A stretch of 63,781 bases of DNA, the filler included, from Klebsormidium nitens (taxonomy: Eukaryota; Plantae; Klebsormidiophyceae), in NCBI GenBank assembly GCA_000708835.1. It is 9 parts of 9 records of this genome, joined end to end, with 100 filler letters (N's around TTAATTAATTAA, not from the genome) between each part and the next. Parts side by side here need not be neighbours in the genome. Positions count along the whole stretch, not along the records: positions 60,560 to 63,781 come from DF238353.1; 8 more parts are not named here. One strand, given 5' to 3'. The notes beneath the pieces are model-generated. The model had not been told where the DNA came from. It searched no databases and was given only the letters and a program-made list of their open reading frames with translations. Positions 61,339-63,781 of the stretch are shown here, piece after piece. The position numbers and the translations under genes were made by a program. The stretch's first letter is position 1. Each line of letters opens with the position of its first letter.

Positions 61339-61345
61339 TATAAAA
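61339..61345 (+). promoter_or_regulatory. TATA box of KilA-N cassette B
   Basis: TATAAAA ~50 nt upstream of the ATG at 61397 (caaaagATGG). Related AATATAAGAA/GATATAAGAA motifs follow cassettes B and C. Confidence 0.5.
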
Positions 61346-61396
61346 TGTGCTTCCAGATATCCTTTTCAGTCATTTCCAGAGTCCACTCTCCAAAAG

Positions 61397-62777
61397 ATGG
61401 CACCCGCATCGCGTCCCATACTCGCCGTCTCGGCGACCGGCACCATGACCCGGTATCATAGCAAGCGTGCCGCTTCCGAGGCTACCGGTATTCCCGCGGC
61501 GAGCGTAGCTTTCGCCGCCTCCAATCTCGCCCTGCGCGATGGCCGTCTGTGGAAGTTCGAAGACGACCCCCGACAGGTAGACATGAGCCGCTTTCAGGCG
61601 GTTCGAGAGCAGGTCGTCGCTCCAACGGAGGCCGACGTCGAGCAGGCCAGGGACTTCGTGGATGCTCTGCGGGGAGATGACGGCCGCATGATCACCGAGA
61701 TGCGCCTGAGCGACGGCTACGTCTCCGCCACGAAGATGTGCCAGTCTGCGAGCAAGATGTGGGGACATTACAATGCCGTTGAAGGCAACCTGGCCTTCAG
61801 GACCGCTCTGGCTGCATCTCTCCAGATTCCGATAGATGACCTTGTCCAGTCCATAGCCAATGGTCCACTCTTCCAGAGAGGCACATGGGTGCACCCTCAG
61901 CTGGCCATTCACCTGGCGTCCTGGTGCTCGCCCACTTTTGCCGTCAAGGTCACGGCGCTCGTGCTCCGCTACCTGACCGGACAGGTCACCACAGAGGAGT
62001 CTCGGGCCGCAGCCAAGACCGTCGCCGAGCGCGCTGCTCCACCCGAGGAGACAGACGAAGACTCGAGAGCCCTCAAACGCCTGAAGGTGACGCACGAGAT
62101 CGAGCTAGTGAAGACGAAGCACGCTAACGAGATGGCGAATCACGCCAATGAGTTGGCGAAATTGCAGTCAGAGACGTCTCGCCTGCGCATGGAGAGCACT
62201 CGAGAGCTCATGGAGGGAAGCAAGCGCTTGATCGATGGCTTGGCGTCCGGCATCGCACCTCCTGCCTTGACCGGCATGATCAACATCGCGCGCCACAACC
62301 TCGCCATCAAGTGCCTCGCGGTGTTGGGGCCGAGCGACCCGCCCGCATCCGATCCCGGCACCGAAGCACCCGTGGCGCCTCCGCCCGTCGCCGCCGCACG
62401 ACGCGTCACCGTCCAGGAGTTCGGCAGGGATATCTTGGGTCTGAGGGGCGACCAACTGGCGACGGCGCGACTCTCGGTCGTCGGCGGCAAGCTCGGCAGG
62501 ATGTGGAAGAGCCAGCCGGGCAAGGGCGAGATCGTGGAGCTCGTCTCGAGCGAATTCAGGAGAGAAGTCGTGGAAGCGCACGGCCGTGGAGAACGGGGCG
62601 CCGCACACGTCCACGTTTTCGGGCCCGCTGGACGCAACGATGCTGGCAAACAATCGCATCAAGTTCTCAGCTGCATACCTGGGCACCAACGAGATCGGGA
62701 ACGGACAGGCATACGACGTCTGGACCTATCAGCTGAACGAGGTCGAGAACTTGATGCGCGAGGCGTTTCAGAACTAG
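61397..62777 (+). pseudogene. NUMOD1-like HTH + KilA-N + coiled coil + unknown C-terminal domain; 4-nt insertion frameshift at ~62550
   Basis: RPILAVSATG..RYHSKRAASEATGI...RLWKF (NUMOD1-like) and RLSDGYVSATKMC...GTWVHPQLAIHLASWCSPTFAVKV (KilA-N). TCTCGAGCGAATTC here vs TCTCGAATTC in the next copy; removing GCGA joins the frame to ...EVENLMREAFQN*. Confidence 0.8.
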
Positions 62778-63259
62778 TAGCTCTAGTACAATTCAAGCAT
62801 GATCCGGCGGCCGGCTGATTGTCGTACATACGGGCAACAATATAAGAATTTGAACTTCCAGCAGTGTAGCTCTTACTCTCCATTTGCANNNNNNNNNNNN
62901 NNNNNNNNNNNNNNNNNNNNNNNNNNNNNNNNNNNNNNNNNNNNNNNNNNNNNNNNNNNNNNNNNNNNNNNNNNNNNNNNNNNNNNNNNNNNNNNNNNNN
63001 NNNNNNNNNNNNNNNNNNNNNNNNNNNNNNNNNNNNNNNNNNNNNNNNNNNNNNNNNNNNNNNNNNNNNNNNNNNNNNNNNNNNNNNNNNNNNNNNNNNN
63101 NNNNNNNNNNNNNNNNNNNNNNNNNNNNNNNNNNNNNNNNNNNNNNNNNNNNNNNNNNNNNNNNNNNNNNNNNNNNNNNNNNNNNNNNNNNNNNNNNNNN
63201 NNNNNNNNNNNNNNNNNNNNNNNNNNNNNNNNNNNNNNNNNNNNNNNNNNNNNNNNNNN

Positions 63260-63670
63260 GGAGCACCCGTGGCGCCTCAGCCCGTCGCCGTCGCACGACG
63301 CGTTACCGTCCAGGAGTTCGGCAGGGATATCTTGGGTCTGAGGGGCGACCAACTGGCGACGGCGCGACTCTCGGTCGTCGGCGGCAAGCTCGGCAGGATG
63401 TGGAAGAGCCAGCCGGGCAAGGGCGAGATCGTGGAGCTCGTCTCGAATTCAGGAGAGAAGTCGTGGAAGCGCACGGCCGTGGAGAACGGGGCGCCGCACA
63501 CGTCCACGTTTTTGGGCCCACTGGACGCAACGATGCTGGCAAACAACCGCATCAAGTTCTCAGCTGCATACCTGGGCACCAACGAGATCGGGAACGGACA
63601 GGCATACGACGTCTGGACCTATCAGCTGAACGAGGTCGAGAACTTGATGCGCGAGGCGTTTCAGAACTAG
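63260..63670 (+). CDS. 3' part of a further copy of the cassette-B gene, frame intact (5' part in gap)
   Basis: Close but non-identical copy of ~62365-62888, including the downstream spacer. Reads VSNSGEKSWKRTAVENG...MREAFQN* without the frameshift. Confidence 0.8.
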   Translation, partial: GAPVAPQPVAVARRVTVQEFGRDILGLRGDQLATARLSVVGGKLGRMWKSQPGKGEIVELVSNSGEKSWKRTAVENGAPHTSTFLGPLDATMLANNRIKFSAAYLGTNEIGNGQAYDVWTYQLNEVENLMREAFQN

Positions 63671-63781
63671 TAGCTCTAGTACAATTCAAGCATGATCCGG
63701 CGGCCGGCTGATTGGCGTACATACTGGCAACGATATAAGAACTTGAACTTCCAGCAGTGTAGCTCTTACTCTCCATTTGTG

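Noticed and set aside
61370-63776. Long antisense and alternative-frame ORFs over the KilA-N genes (similar shadows over H2B, gag and copia)
   Set aside because: Shadow ORFs caused by GC-rich codon bias, or ORFs inflated by N runs.
63260-63781. Cassette C as a mere assembly duplicate of B
   Set aside because: It carries many substitutions and indels relative to B, so it is more likely a real paralog. The 371-N gap size is only an estimate.

Overview
Eukaryotic, intron-rich scaffold with GT-AG introns and nine assembly gaps. Eight gaps are 100-nt blocks of N containing a TTAATTAATTAA linker. Gene content and intron style point to a streptophyte green alga (Klebsormidium-like); this is an inference. 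Spliced host genes were assembled by hand and stay in frame across junctions: an unknown 712-aa secreted-ectodomain/multi-TM protein, a plastid-type LMW-PTP pseudophosphatase, PABPN1, a GDT1/TMEM165 transporter, an SRPBCC protein and a PD-(D/E)XK nuclease-like gene. An intronless histone H2B is followed by a 3' stem-loop. Much of the rest is transposon-derived: a chromodomain Ty3/gypsy element, several Ty1/copia fragments (one nested), a Sola-like remnant, a spliced Plavaka-type transposase, a hAT MITE with a perfect 8-bp TSD, a CACGG-TIR element and stacked minisatellite arrays. Three things stand out. (1) The gypsy pol begins with a degenerate Dam-like (N6-adenine MTase fold) domain ahead of the protease. 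(2) A head-to-tail array of intronless, virus-like KilA-N genes shares a near-identical 5' module but carries swapped C-termini, one a PD-(D/E)XK nuclease. (3) The H2B gene has a metazoan/chlorophyte-type histone stem-loop. All domain calls come from motif recognition, not database searches.
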